This document shows positions 29,531 through 43,100 of a DNA stretch of 64,000 nt, in pieces. This stretch comes from the human T2T-CHM13v2.0 reference genome, Homo sapiens: the NCBI RefSeq assembly GCF_009914755.1, contig NC_060927.1; one strand, written 5' to 3'. A program made the position numbers and the translations under genes. How positions within the stretch are numbered: the first letter of the stretch is position 1; the number at the start of each line of letters is the position of its first letter. Under the pieces are notes generated by a model that was given only the letters and a program-made list of their open reading frames with translations, ran no database searches and was not told where the DNA came from.

Positions 29531-32329
29531 CACCAATCTGAATGGCTTCCTTTATCATAGCTCATATTGGAGCATAGATTATCTAATTAACTCTACATCT
29601 TGTGTCATAGGCAAGCAAGCTAAAAGCAAAACAACTGGCACACCATTCTTTACCTCCTATTTTCCTTCAGAAAGTGTATTAGGGTATTTTTTCAGGAGAG
29701 AGGATATGATGAAAACATGGAGATGTGTAATGCTAATAACTAAAATAACCCTTGATACAATGGGAACACCATACAAGGCAAGCCAAGAGAAGATTCTAAC
29801 TAGTGGACTCCATTGGGTATCCTACTTTCACAATTCCCATCACCTGTACACCATTCTCCTCTCTTTTCATTGAATCAGTCATTGACTTTGCCACTTTGGG
29901 CACGTACTCAAGGGAGATAACTCAGACTGCATGAAGTGACTAGTGGGAAGACATCCCTCACCAAATTTACACCATTCACTTTTTTCTCTAAGTCAGTTTC
30001 TAATGAACTGTGAACTTCTCTTTCAAAATGGCCCTGACCTTTATTTTATTGTTCGTTTTAAATGCTTCTACAGTTCCTAATATAATCAGCTTTCCTCCCC
30101 TGAAACTGAGTCTTCAGGCTTATTTTCTAAAATAGAAGATAGCCTGATCTGATACAGACTTGTTCAGCATGACACTGGATTATAAAACAAGATGTGGGAA
30201 AAGATGGAATTTTGTAAATTCCATTATCCCCTCTTTAGCTGATGGAGGGCTATACTTGGTAGGTAGAGTAGCAAAAAGTTTTATGTAAGGTGATCAGGCA
30301 GGAAGAGGAAGTTTGAGAAAGGCTCCTCTCATGGCATTAGAGAGAAGGCAGATAAAAAGAGGCAAAAGAAGAGAGACCTAAAATTATTTTCCTGTATCCC
30401 TGCTAATATCCAGGACTTGGATAGATTGTGATACAGTGAAAGGAACCACAATTGTGCCTCTACTGGTTGGAGTTTTTGAAGGAGAATCCTGTGTATTAAT
30501 TCATTAATTCATTCATGCAACAAATATTTGCTGAGTGACTACTCTGTGATAATTGATGTTCTAGATGACAGAGATAAAAGCAGGGAACAAAATAAACAGA
30601 AATCTTTGCAACATGGCAGCTCAGCAGAGGCTGGTGAGGCATTCTTCACCCTCTCTCAGTTCCTAGGTAGGAGGTCAAAGAGCGGAGCTTTGTTAGGGGG
30701 TTGACTTAAATCTGAAATACACATCTGTTGGATTACCCAAGCAGAGACTGAGTTATTCAGAGTCTAAAATATTAGATTGGTCTGAGGTTACTGACCTAAA
30801 TTAATAGAAAAATTTTAATGCCCTTCCCCCAAAGGCAGACAATGTTCTAAAGTATATCAGATCAGTTACTTACAAAACAAACAAGCAAACAAAACTGTGT
30901 TTCTCTGCACACGTACTAGTAATTTTGCAACTCTTTACATTCAGGAACCAGAGAATATAGTGAAACAATGCAATACCTGGGTAAAGGAATTGTATCAGAG
31001 TGTTGTTGTAGCCCATTGTCAGCGCTGGTAAATTTAGGAGGACTCAGTGAAGATTATCAAGAAATGGATGGTTCGGAGAAACAATACATTGCTGATGTTT
31101 ATATTGATATATTTCCTAATAACCCTTTAGGTTAAGAACCAGATCTCTATCCCTAGTCACAAAGATTAACTTCTTAGGAAAAAGAGCAGAATAGATATGC
31201 TACTTTGGCCATTGAAATTAGGAACTGCCATGCTCCAAGGAGTTTGTGTGTATCTATGTATATTACAATTCTTTGAAACAGCTGTTTCAATGCTACAGAT
31301 TTTGAAAAACTCTCGTGATTAAGTGAAACACTATAATAAAGCATGGAAAACAAATATTTAGGTCCTCTGCCTAAGCATCCTTAGACACATCCCAGATTTC
31401 AATCTTGATTATATATCCATTTAGTATTTGACACCATCTAACTTCTTTTTCTTTCACTGAAATAGCCATCTTATTTTTCTGCACTGTCTCTAAATATATC
31501 ATCTATAATTGTGTGATTAAAGGGTTATATAGATGATCTCAAATCTAAAAGCTTTGGCAGAGTATAATCACTTCTGAGAAGATTCTGACATGGCAAGAAG
31601 ACCATTTTTAGACTTTGTTTTTGCCCATTTAGTGTCAGTTACATATCTCCAGTGCTTGGCATGTTTCCTAAGTATAGATACATGCAATAAGATACTCAGT
31701 GGCATCCAATCACAGCTACTTAATTCTCTACTTACATATTCAGGAAAGAGCCTGAAGTGTGAGGCAATGGGTACAGGCATGCAGTTCAGTAGTAATGATG
31801 ATGAAAGTAAGCAATTTTCCTCCAAGGAAAGGTCATCATTCCTTGGTTCATTAATTGGTTAAAGACCTTGGATCAGCATAAAATGCCTTCAGCTGGTAAT
31901 TAGCATGCAAATAAGCACTGACCCACAGTCCCAGGATTTAAAAGAAATGAGGCTAGACTTAAAAGGAATGCTAGAGGCAAGGATATTTTAATAAAAATAA
32001 AAAATAATTCCCTAAGCATCAGTAATATTTGCTTTATGATGTTTTCCTTTTTAATCCTGTGGACCCCACCTTGTGAATTGATTCTATTATTAAGATCCAC
32101 CATTGAAGGCATTGCGGTGAAATATTTAAGAAATAACAGAAGAGAACAAGTTGCTTCTGGGAAAGACCTGTGGGTTTTCTATTAGGAAATTTTTGAAACA
32201 GTTAGATGTGGTGCACAAAGCTACGACTTTACACAACAGTATATTTTACAAAGGCTGTAAAGTCATTGCAGGGATTAATAAATCCAAAACCTCAATATCA
32301 ACTCCACATCTCAAAACCAGTTACCAGCA

Positions 32330-32700
32330 TTGTATGTTTCAGGATAGTCTAGACTATCAGACTGTAACAAATTAACTCCAGAATTTCAGTGACAACACAA
32401 CCATAGTGGATTTCTTACCCAAGCTATATTTCTAATGCAGGTGGGCAGGGGCCACTTCACATTGTGCCACAGGGACCCAGGCTGATGGAGGCTCTGCCAA
32501 CTTGTAACTGCACCATCTGGAACATATGCCCTTCTGTGGCAGAGAGAGAGAAAAGCTGGAGCATTGCCACCAGCTCTTGAACGCTTTGCAGTAAGACTCG
32601 TTACCTCTGCTCTGAGCCTATTGGCCTCAGCCCTAGTCATCTGGTCCTACCTACCCGGAAAGAGGCTGAGAAATGTGGTGAAGCATACGATGAACACTAA
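32330..32700 (-). mobile_element. Old MLT1 (K/L-like) MaLR LTR
   Basis: 'ctgtaacaaattaactccagaatttcagtg', 'cagggacccaggctgatggaggc', 'gaggctgagaaatgt'. Confidence 0.55.
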
Positions 32701-33375
32701 GGGAGTGCTGGGAAGGATTTTACCCAAACCTTCATGTCCTGCTTTGCTACAACAAATTTAGTCAAGTTTAGGTTCCCCAACATGCTTTTATAGAACAAGA
32801 ATCAGAAGAAAATATGGACACTTTCACAAGAGTGATGTAACAAAAATTATTGGAGATGGGTTAATTTACTAACCATTTTCATATGGCATTTAAAATGTAG
32901 TCTCCATTGAAGTCTACCAAAGTGCTCCTAGTTTTAAATTTTAAAAATTGTTTATCTAGATTAATACTTCTTAATCTTTGTTTCTCGTAATAATCCTTTT
33001 TAAGCATTTGTTTTCCTAAATGAACTTCTCATGAAATATTAATACCACAGATATACTAGATATCTATTGATGTACTGTATGTATATCTGAGCTTTATACA
33101 TTCAAAAGAGTAAGATTCTTTTGTCTCCCACAAGAACCAATTTCATTCCCTTAGAGGTGATATCCCTCCATTCCTATCCCCCATGACTTTGAATGCATGA
33201 CTTAAATTTAGCAGAATAAAAAAATAGAAACCTGACCTATAGTCTAGAATTTATGTAGCTGATTTCATGTACTTTGGATAGTCGTATTTTTACAGCAATT
33301 ATTTTTTCTCATAAGTCGTTAGGAGTCATGTGCCTCAAACTTCATTTTTCATGTTCCTCCCCCATTACTGTGAAG

Positions 33376-33640
33376 GCAGTGTAACTTAGTGATTCAGAGC
33401 ACAGGTTCTGAAGTCAAATAGCATATTTTCAAGTCCTATCACTCTTACTGAGGAAGATTTTTTATCTTAGACAAGTTATTTAGACCCTCTAGGTCTCAGT
33501 GTTATTTTTTTCTTTTTTAATATATAAATGAGACCTTACAGAACCAATGTTAGAGAATTGTTTGAGGACAGAGATGTCAATGTTTTTGTATATTGCCTAG
33601 AATGTAGTTTGTGGCAAATATTCTTATCATTGTTGATGCT
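33376..33640 (+). mobile_element. MIR
   Basis: 'gcagtgtaacttagtgattcagagcacaggttctgaagtca...caagttatttagaccctctaggtctcagt'. Confidence 0.65.
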
Positions 33641-33901
33641 TATGGTTATGTTAGCCTATTTCATAGTCTCCAAATCCCAGAATTTCTTAGTGGGAAGGCA
33701 AGAAACTGAAGCAAAAACTTTTCCGTTATGAGCTTTACTCCTGTGTCACCATAGGCCTTAATCCTAATTTTCCAGCAGTAGCATTGTCTTCCTGACTTCC
33801 AGATCCCAGGCCACCTAGGCCTGCCAGTATTAAGATTCTGAACAAGGGACCACAATAATCCCTTTGATTTGGAAAGGGCCTAAATCTGTGTGGAAGATCA
33901 A

Positions 33902-33944
<43 letters not shown>

Positions 33945-34048
33945 CGCGCGCGTGCACGTGCGTGTGTGTGTACATGATGTTTTATTTTACATACATGTTT
34001 TTATATGTGTGTTGATCTATATGTGTATACATACATAAAAACATTCAT

Positions 34049-34091
<43 letters not shown>
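33902..34091. repeat. (TG)19 plus CG-rich alternating tract, and (CA)19 113 bp downstream of the TG run
   Basis: TG run 33903-33940; purine-pyrimidine alternation 33902-33976; CA run 34054-34091. Confidence 0.95.
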
Positions 34092-34098
<7 letters not shown>

Positions 34099-37000
34099 GG
34101 ACACAAATACCTTAAAAGTATTAAGCCTAAAGGTTTGGACACTGACACAGATTTTAATGAGACAGCCTCCCAGCAGAAGCAACCTGTGAGGGAGAAATGA
34201 CTTATAGCCTCTGCTGTGATTTATCTAAATCCGTTGACAAGACCCATCTGTGGGGGAGAGTGGAAGGAACACTAACTGGGCTTGGAGTACAAAATTCTGA
34301 AGCCAAATTTTAGGAGCATAATTTAGTAGCCAGGTAAACTTGCTTAAATCACTTAATCTCATTGAGCTTTGGTTTGGAGATTATAATGACTATCTTTTTG
34401 AAGGATTCTGTTGGGCTCATGACAATACTGGTGTATTGATAAGGATAGTTGGTAGAAACTAAGGCTTTATGTGAATTTGAAAGAGGACTATGATATTTAC
34501 TAAGTTTTACCCATATTTTAAACTGTGAATTTTTGTTACTACTGTGGGATGGGGGGGATAATTTTCTGATTTCTAATTTTTTTCCTATCTATAAATTTAT
34601 CTCATTATGACCCTGTTCAATTAGACCTTGTTATTGAATTATAAAATAAATATTTACCCAAAAGGCTGATATTAATTTTAAAGCTGTCTGAGATTTCACA
34701 AAAAAAAACCCACTAAATCTGCCTTTCACCCCGCTAATAATCTTTCAAATATCTTCAAGGTTAGATGGCTTTGAATGGCCAGAAACCTACATCTGCACTT
34801 CCTTTTCCTTTCCTTCTTAGCTAATGGAGTAAAAAATCTGTTTAAAAAACAAACAGACCGAAACCTATCTCTGTACCTTAGATGCATTTCCAGTTGTCTC
34901 TGTAAGTCAGTCTACAGAAAGGGATATAAACTGAGGATTGTTAAAATCATCAGGGACATCTGCACGACTACTTTGGACAGACATTAAAGATCATAAAATG
35001 TCAGGAATTCATTTTCACGAGGTAGAATTAGAAATGTCCCAGGACAAGGGGCAAAAGTGGCACATGGTTAGCAATGCACCTGAGAAGTTTCTTTCTGTAC
35101 CTTCTTGTACCATCCTCCTCACTTCAACATGCAGGTAAATGCGAGGACATGGATTAAAGAGACCTGAGAGATTATCATAATTTGGGATCTTAGAAAAATC
35201 TCTCAGAAATGGATATAACAAGAAATATTGGTCACTCCCATGAATGTGTGTCATCCTACCAGAAAAATAATAAGCCCCTAAGTTGTGCCAAATAGTCACC
35301 TTAAGGTTCAGGTGACAGGTCTCTGTTTAGTTGACAGAAGTACACTAGATTTCCTCTCCTCTACTACATAGCGCATTCTTTTCTGTATTAGCAGAGAAAT
35401 TTGAGCTACTTTGCATGAATATTGAACAATGAAAGCAACTCGGCATATCACCGGTGTTTTTTTAAACATGCAATGTTTTTAAAATATGCAATGTCAAGCT
35501 TTACAAATTAGCATCTTATTTTATTTTATTGATGGCCTGTAAGCTGACTGTGGTACCTGCTCTTGCTCTGGCATCTCTTTCTCCTGCCAGTCTCTTACCT
35601 TTTCCATACCAGTCTATTTATTGGAGCAGAGACCAGGGCATGGGTTAATTATGATTCCCCATAGTGTTTATTTCACTCAGTAAGAACTCTGTGAAAGATC
35701 TAGAGTAGCAATGGTGCAGAGTGGCAGAAAATTGGTGCATTGGACATTGAGCACAGATGCATTTAATAATTTACACAGAATTAATAAGACACTGGGTTAT
35801 TTTTAAGACTGACGATCAAGTGACTATTACAGACACACTCTACAAAATTGATACTTTGCTGGGAGACAAACCAAGTTTAGTAATGTAATTAAATAGAAAT
35901 TAAATTGGGGAAAATGCATAATCATATTCTTATTAATATGTTAACTTTGTAAAGATTATTTGCTTATTGCAGGAATTGAGCAAGATAACTGAGGCAAGTT
36001 AATTAGTTTTCAAGTGAATTGCCACCATGTTAATTCATATTTTATAAGAATAGTAATTAAAATCCAACATGTTATAGCTACAGTATGGTATTTTATTATA
36101 TCCTATACTAACATTTCAGTATAAGTCATTTTAGAACATCAGCTTAATGGATTAGTAAAAGTATAATAGTGTAACTGGGCATTTATTGTTAATAGAATCC
36201 AGATTATGAAGTGAATTTTTATTATTCTTAAAGTCATTCACAGCACAATTTTAATGATACAATACTTACATTCTATCTGGCACTCTTGTACGCGCTTTGT
36301 TCTGCAAGTGACTTTTTATAGTATATTTACATCCATTTATTTAACCTTATTTTATTTATATAAAATATAATTTCCATGGTCTCTGGATTTGAATATCAAG
36401 AAGCAGTGGGCAGGTTAATATGCCACAAGATGTATGGGCTGGGATTTCATTTGGTCAGATCACCATACCAGTTTGTCAAACATTTCTAAGTTTAAACAAG
36501 GGTAAGGATGTAATGGGCAATTCTGCTTCCTTCACAGAAGAATAATTATAAAAAGGATGATGAGATAAAGGCCTATTAAAATATGTAGAATCTAATCTTC
36601 CCATGAGCAGGTTAAATGCCCTCTTGGTCATCTGCCATTTAGAGAAGAGAAACCTTATTGCTCTGGTGACTTGGAGTCTAGCAAGTTTCCAGTAGTTGGT
36701 GTAGCCAGTGTTTTCATTGAAAAATGTGGCATAGAAGCTAGGGAAAAATAATATCAATAGGTTGTTAATCAGATCAGCTTGAGATAGCAACTGCCTTGCT
36801 GGGAAGCCTCTGAGGAAAGTTCCTATTCTGTTGGTTGAGAAGAACTTTCTCTCCTTTTTCCTCAGTGCTTGAGATTATTGAAGAAACGTTTAATTGGCCA
36901 AAGGAAGGATTTCAATCATGTTTCCAGTAACGTTGATTGTGAAGAATGTATTAACATTTCAACTTTCCAAGTGAAAAAACAGAAGTGCAGATACGTATTG

Positions 37001-37185
37001 TGCATTTTCTAGTTATTTCTAGAGTTTCCCAGGAAGGGATAATGACTGCATTTCCCTGATGATTGCTTCACATCAACCACTCTCCATTACTGCTCTTAAC
37101 ACAAATTACAACTACTTATTTGCATCTTACCTCTGTGGCTTTTAAGCTCTCAGGAATACTCTACCCAAGTATAATAAGAAGCCTG

Positions 37186-37522
37186 TGGCTGGGCATGGTG
37201 GTTCACATCTGTAATCCCAGCACTTTGGGAGGCTGAGACAAGCAGATTGCTTGAGCTCAGGAGTTTGAGACAAGCCTGGGCAACATGGCAAAACCCCTTC
37301 TCTACAAAAAATAAAAAAATATAGCAGGGTGTGGTGGTGCATACCTGTAGTCCCAGCTACTATGGAGGCTGAGGTGGGTGGATTGCTTGAGCCTGGGAGG
37401 TTGAGGCTACACTCAGCCATAATTGTGCTCCTGCACTCCAGCTTGAGTGATAAAGCAAGACCTTGTCTCAAAAAACAAACAAACAACAAAACAAAACAAA
37501 ACAAAACAAAACAGAAAAAAAC
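37186..37522 (+). mobile_element. AluJ with (AAAAC)n tail
   Basis: 'gcttgagctcaggagtttgagacaagcctgggcaacatgg', tail aaaacaaaacaaaac. Confidence 0.9.
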
Positions 37523-37524
37523 AC

Positions 37525-37945
37525 TGTGATACATGTTGTGATTTAGTACCAACATTATCCTTCAGTAATAAAGGATTTAATCTCCCAGCTACTGGAGCCT
37601 CAGCTTTTAGCCCCTTTCAGGTACTGCCTTAGATACAGAGACCCGACTTACTCAAAGTCATGTCACCTTTCTGGGATAGCCCATAGCCAATGACTAATCA
37701 AAGGTCCAAAGGCCCAGCTGTCTAACCCTCAAGTTGGAAAACTTAGACGGTGTATCTCAGCTTCACAACTTCCTGCAGGATCTCATGAATACCACTGGGA
37801 CTGTGTTGCAGGTCAGTTTCTCATTTTGCCCAATCCTGCCTTATTCTTTTTCCTTCCATAGGTTGTATCTCAAGAACAGTCCCTAGCAAACTTCCTGCAC
37901 ACTGAACTCCATCTCAGAGTCTACTTCCTGGTAAAAACCAATTGT
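37525..37945 (+). mobile_element. LTR16-like ERVL LTR
   Basis: 'tgcccaatcctgcctt...aaacttcctgcacactgaactccatctcagagtctacttcctgg'. Confidence 0.6.
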
Positions 37946-39799
37946 CCTGATTCTAGATCTCTGATTTGCCATTATTTTATGGAGAATATAGAGTTAATTC
38001 TGCACTAATGTATTTTGTATCCCCATTTTGAATACACACTTCCTGAATGGCTTAAATAAATGAAAATAACAGTTGAATTTAGATGATAGGTTTAATAAAA
38101 GAGATTGAGTTTACAGGATTTAAGATGGCCCTTGTCTTAGAGAACATGAGATAAAATGAGGGAATTTTACTCATAATAGAGATAATTAGATTCAGATCTT
38201 GAATACATTAATTAGAAATCAAGGATATGAATTTAAGTGAATGTCTGAAAAAAAGGAAGGAACATTTTTCTCTATAATCTTCAGTGTTTGATAATTAAAT
38301 AAAGGTCCCAGAGGAAAGTCTATTTTTTGCCTTTGAATCTTCAATTGTTGGATAACTACTGGAGCAAAGGCATTAAATTTTCTACAGGAAAAGAGTTTTG
38401 AGCAAGGAAAGAAATTTTTCTTGCAAATGCTCCTAGTGAAGAACACTTAAGCTCATTACCCAATATACATAATAAAGCCACTCACTGAACCTCCTGAGAG
38501 CCCCTTGGCTAAACACAATTATGGACAGTGAGCATGGAGCCAAGAGGAAAACAATTTTTTTTCATATTAATAACACTTTTGGAACCATTTCAGGAAGCGT
38601 TTCCAAATATTTAAAAGAACCTTAAATAGATTTCTATAGGGAGTTTTATTTCGACATTCAGGTACTTTCTAGATAGCTCTGTAACTATGAGCTCTCTATG
38701 AGCTCTTAGCTCTCCCCAGTGAATTTGCGTACCTAATTTAACACACTATCTTTGTTTCACAAACTGTAGCCATAAAATTTTCCTGCTTTCTTTGAGTTAT
38801 TTCAGTCTGAGATTTAGGACATTTCTAAGTTTTAACTTGTCATGTCTTCCCGGTACCATTAAATCATAGCATTCTCTTAATTTTCCCCTAGATAATATTT
38901 ACTGAGGCTTAGAATTTCAAAGTTAGCTAGGGCTGAATGTAAATGAGAAGTCTCTCTAACAACCTACATTAAGAAAATCATTGCCCTCCCTAATCATAGA
39001 GAAGTCTCTGACTGTGATGTGGGCTTATTTGCTATTTTACTTAAATAATGGTATTAGTTATGACTTCAGACCAAAATATTACTAAATATGACCTTTGAAA
39101 TAGAGACGTTCTGTTGAACAACCCAGCATGTTTCCCTCCCCTCCCTTCCTTTGTTTTCTTCTACCTTTTGCTCTCTTCTTTCCACATATATTCTTTGAAT
39201 CTATTGTCATCACTGATAGGTGTCAGTAATCCAAACTTTGTATATTCATTTATTCCACAAATATTTAATAAACATATATTATATACTCAGACATATGTTA
39301 GACATTTTAAATACATGTGTTAGTCAAATGAGCATTTCTTTGCTCTAAAGCTCAATAACATAAGTGATCCCTGATCTTAAGGAGGTCACTATGGAGTAGG
39401 AGACTCAGACATGCAACAGCTAAGTATCAAATATGTTATACATATTAGTTACTACACAAAAATGAGTTTGAGAACTTCCCAGTTTGAGAGCTGCCTTTGG
39501 GATTCAGAAAACTATCAATAACAGAGAAATGCAGGCAAGGAAATAGCTTTGTGGGCTTAACACTGAAATCCTGGAACTGCACCTTTAGGGGGTGCTAAAC
39601 TGTATGGTCTGCAAAGAGGAAGCATTGAGCATTGAGGCTGGAATATTAGCAAAGGGGTAGATCAGGACCTTGCATTCCTTACTGAGAAATTTAGCCGTGG
39701 GAATTATATCAAAGAAAACAAATTGACCACCAAAGATTTGGGGTCCCACCAAAGATTTCTTCCCAGCCAGGGATTACATACTCCAGTTTCTAGCAAATC

Positions 39800-40142
39800 T
39801 AGATGATAACTGGTGTTCACTTATTGAATGCAAGCAGCTGAATTATGTGTCATTCCCAGATCAAGGTGGTAAAAAACAATTAGTCTTCTCCATTGCTTCT
39901 TATCTCCTGTTTGAATAATGACATCCAGGGCAACCTTGGAAGACATATGTAGATGTCAGAGTCTCCAGCAACCTGAGTTACTGAATTACTGGGCATCAGA
40001 ACCTCCAGCCTGGAAACCAAGAACACCTACATTAGATGAACATACAAGTGAGAAATCAACTTTTATTCTGTGATACTATTGACTTTTTTAAAAAATTTTC
40101 TTTGTTACTGCAGCTAGTGGGCTTTCTTCTGATTAACATAGC
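39800..40142 (+). mobile_element. MLT1J-like MaLR LTR fragment
   Basis: 'gcaacctgagttactgaattact', 'gtgagaaatcaacttttattctgtg', 'ttgttactgcagctag'. Confidence 0.5.
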
Positions 40143-43100
40143 AACTATTAAAGGACTTTTTTCATATGAATATGATGTAATCAGGTGTATATTTTTGAAA
40201 AATGCTGCTATTAGTGTGGGCAGGAAGATCATGTGATTGGGAGGCTTCAATAAACCACTAGAAGGACAGGATCTGTATCAGAACTTCTATAGCAGAAAGA
40301 GAAAGGATAGCTTTGGGTGCCATTTGGATGCTCCATCCTTCAGTAACTGCTCCAAGCTTAATTAGGGATAAGTCTAGATAGCCCCCAGGTTTTGAAATAT
40401 GAAAGGAAAATTTTTAAAAATTAATATGAAAGTATCCAATGAATAATGAAATTTATGGTAAACACATATTAGTTTTGGAGCACCTAAAATGTAATTATCA
40501 GTGATGACTGTATTCAGGACCATCATATTAAAACATTTGAAATGAAAGATTATCTTTTAATGGGAAATCTACATTCACTGTAAAAAAGAATACCTTTGGC
40601 TTAACTCTTCTTCATAGAAAACGATTTTGTGTGTGTGTGTGTGTGGAAGCTACCCACCTCATAAAGACAGGACTGCCATGATATATTTCAGGCAAGAGTG
40701 CCTAGAGACTTATAAATGCACGAAGAGTGGAGTTTGAAGAGAGAAATTCCCTCTGCCAGGGTGCAGAATGCCAGATAATGAATCCTTATGGAGGTAACAT
40801 TACAAATTGGAATCTGGAAGGAGAAAAGAACTCAGGGAAATAAGAGCCGTTATAGAATGAATGACTGTGGTAATTAAGGTTATGGGTAAAGATGGGTTTA
40901 GCTATTGCAATGCAAATAAATCAGGAGTGTGTTTCAAGCAATGAAACAGTGTGCCTCTTGGAATTTGTCAAGTTCTTGCCTTTTTTGTTTCCATATAACC
41001 TAATGCTCTAGTCAGGAAATATCTTACAATTGTAAGATATATTGAAAAAAGGTAATTGCTAAAATATGAAAAAAAGCCTTATATATACACTTAGCTTCCT
41101 TGAACTAATTTTGGATTATAGCAACAAAAAGACGTCAATCATATTTCTCAATCAGTATTTAGCGTATCATTACCAACCTTGGCAGGGATAAATGACGTTT
41201 GTAGGTGATGTTAATGAAGATGACATTTTAAATTCAGATTGGCAAAACTCAAAGCTTCTATTTGTAAAATAATGCCCTAATATGACACTAGATCTCTGAG
41301 GCAATGTTTCAATCATTAAGCCAGAATATAGTTTGGTTAAATGTTTTATGTATAAATTGATTATAATTCTGTTTCTTAAAAATCACTTTTATATAATGAA
41401 GATTTCTGTTTACTTTTTGGATTTTATGTTGTTTATTAGTTGTCTGTTTTCTGTTTGCTTTGGGGGGGTTGTTTTGTCCTTTTAAAAATGTTAAGCTGAT
41501 ACACTATAATTGTATGTATTTATGGGGTATACGTGATATTATGATACATGTGTACAATATGTAATAATCAAATTAGGTCAGTTACATCCATCACCTGAAA
41601 CATTTATCATTTCTTTGTGTTGGGAACATACAAAACCCTCTCTTCTAGATACTTTGAAATATACAATAAATTATTGTAAACTGTGGTTACCTGCCTGTGC
41701 TGTAGAACACTATTACTTATTATTCCTATCTAACTGTAATTTTGTACCCAATATCCATACTTCCTCCTTCCCTTCCCAACATCTGGTAACTACTATTCTA
41801 ATCTCTACTTCTATGAGATCTACTTTTATAGTTCCCACATATGGGTGAGAATGTGTGATATTTGTCTTTCTGTGCCTGGCTTATATTACATGACATAATG
41901 TCCTCCAGGCTAATCCATGGTGCTGCAAAAGGCAGGATTTTATTATTTTTACGGCTGAATAATATTCCATTGTTTATATATACTACATTTTCTTAATCCA
42001 TTCTTCTGACAACGGACACTTAGGTTCACTCTATTTCATAGATATTGTGAATACTATTGTGATAAACATGGCAATGCAGATAACTCTTTGATATACTGAT
42101 TTCTTTTCCTTTGGATATGTACCCAGTAGTGAGATTGCTGGATCATATAGTAGTTCTATGTTTAGTTTTTTGAGAAAACTTCATACTGTTTTCCATAATG
42201 GCTGTACTAATTTACATTCCCATTAATAGCATATAAGTGTTCTGCTTTTTCACACTCTCACCAGCATTTTTGTCCTTTTGATAATAATTATTTTAACTGG
42301 TGAGATAATATCTCATTGTGGTTTTGATTTACATTTCTTTAATGATTAGTGATGTTGAGCATTTTTTCATATACTTGGCCATTTGTATGTCTTATTTTGA
42401 GAAATGTCTATTCAGATCATGTGCCTATTTTTATATGAGATTATTTGTTGTTTTGCTGTTGAGTTGCTTGAGTTCTTTATATATACTGGATGTTTATCCT
42501 TGTCAGATGGATAGCTTGCAAATATTTTCTCCCATTCTTTCAGTTGATTCTTCACTCTTTTGATTGTTTCCTTTGCTGTGCAGAAGTTTTTTAGTTTGAT
42601 GTAATCCCATTTGTCTATTTTAGCTTTTCTTGTCTGTTTCTGAGTTCCTACCCAAAAATCCTTTGCCCAGACTAATGTCCTGAAACATTTTCCATATGAC
42701 TTTTTTCTAATAGTTTTATTGTTTTTGGTTTTATATTTAAGTCTTTAATAAATTTTGCTTTGATTTTTGTTATCATGAAAGATAGGGGTCTCATTCAATT
42801 TTTCTGCATACGGATATCCAGTTTTTCCATTAACATTTATTGGAAGGACTGTTCTTTCCCAAATGTGTGATCTTGGCACATTTAGTGAAAATCAGTTGGC
42901 AGTAAATATGTGGATTTACTTCTGGGTTCTCTATTCTGTTTTCATGCCAATATGGTACTGTTTTTTTTTTTTTTACTACAGCTTTGTAATATATTTTGAA
43001 GCCAGATAATGTGACGCCTTCAGCTTTGTTCTCTTTGCTCAGAATTGCTTTGATTATTTGAAGTCTGCTGTGGTTTCATGCACATTTTAACTATCTTTTG

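Noticed and set aside
34900-35140. Possible exon ending CAG|GTAAAT
   Set aside because: No convincing paired acceptor, stops in frames, no recognisable peptide
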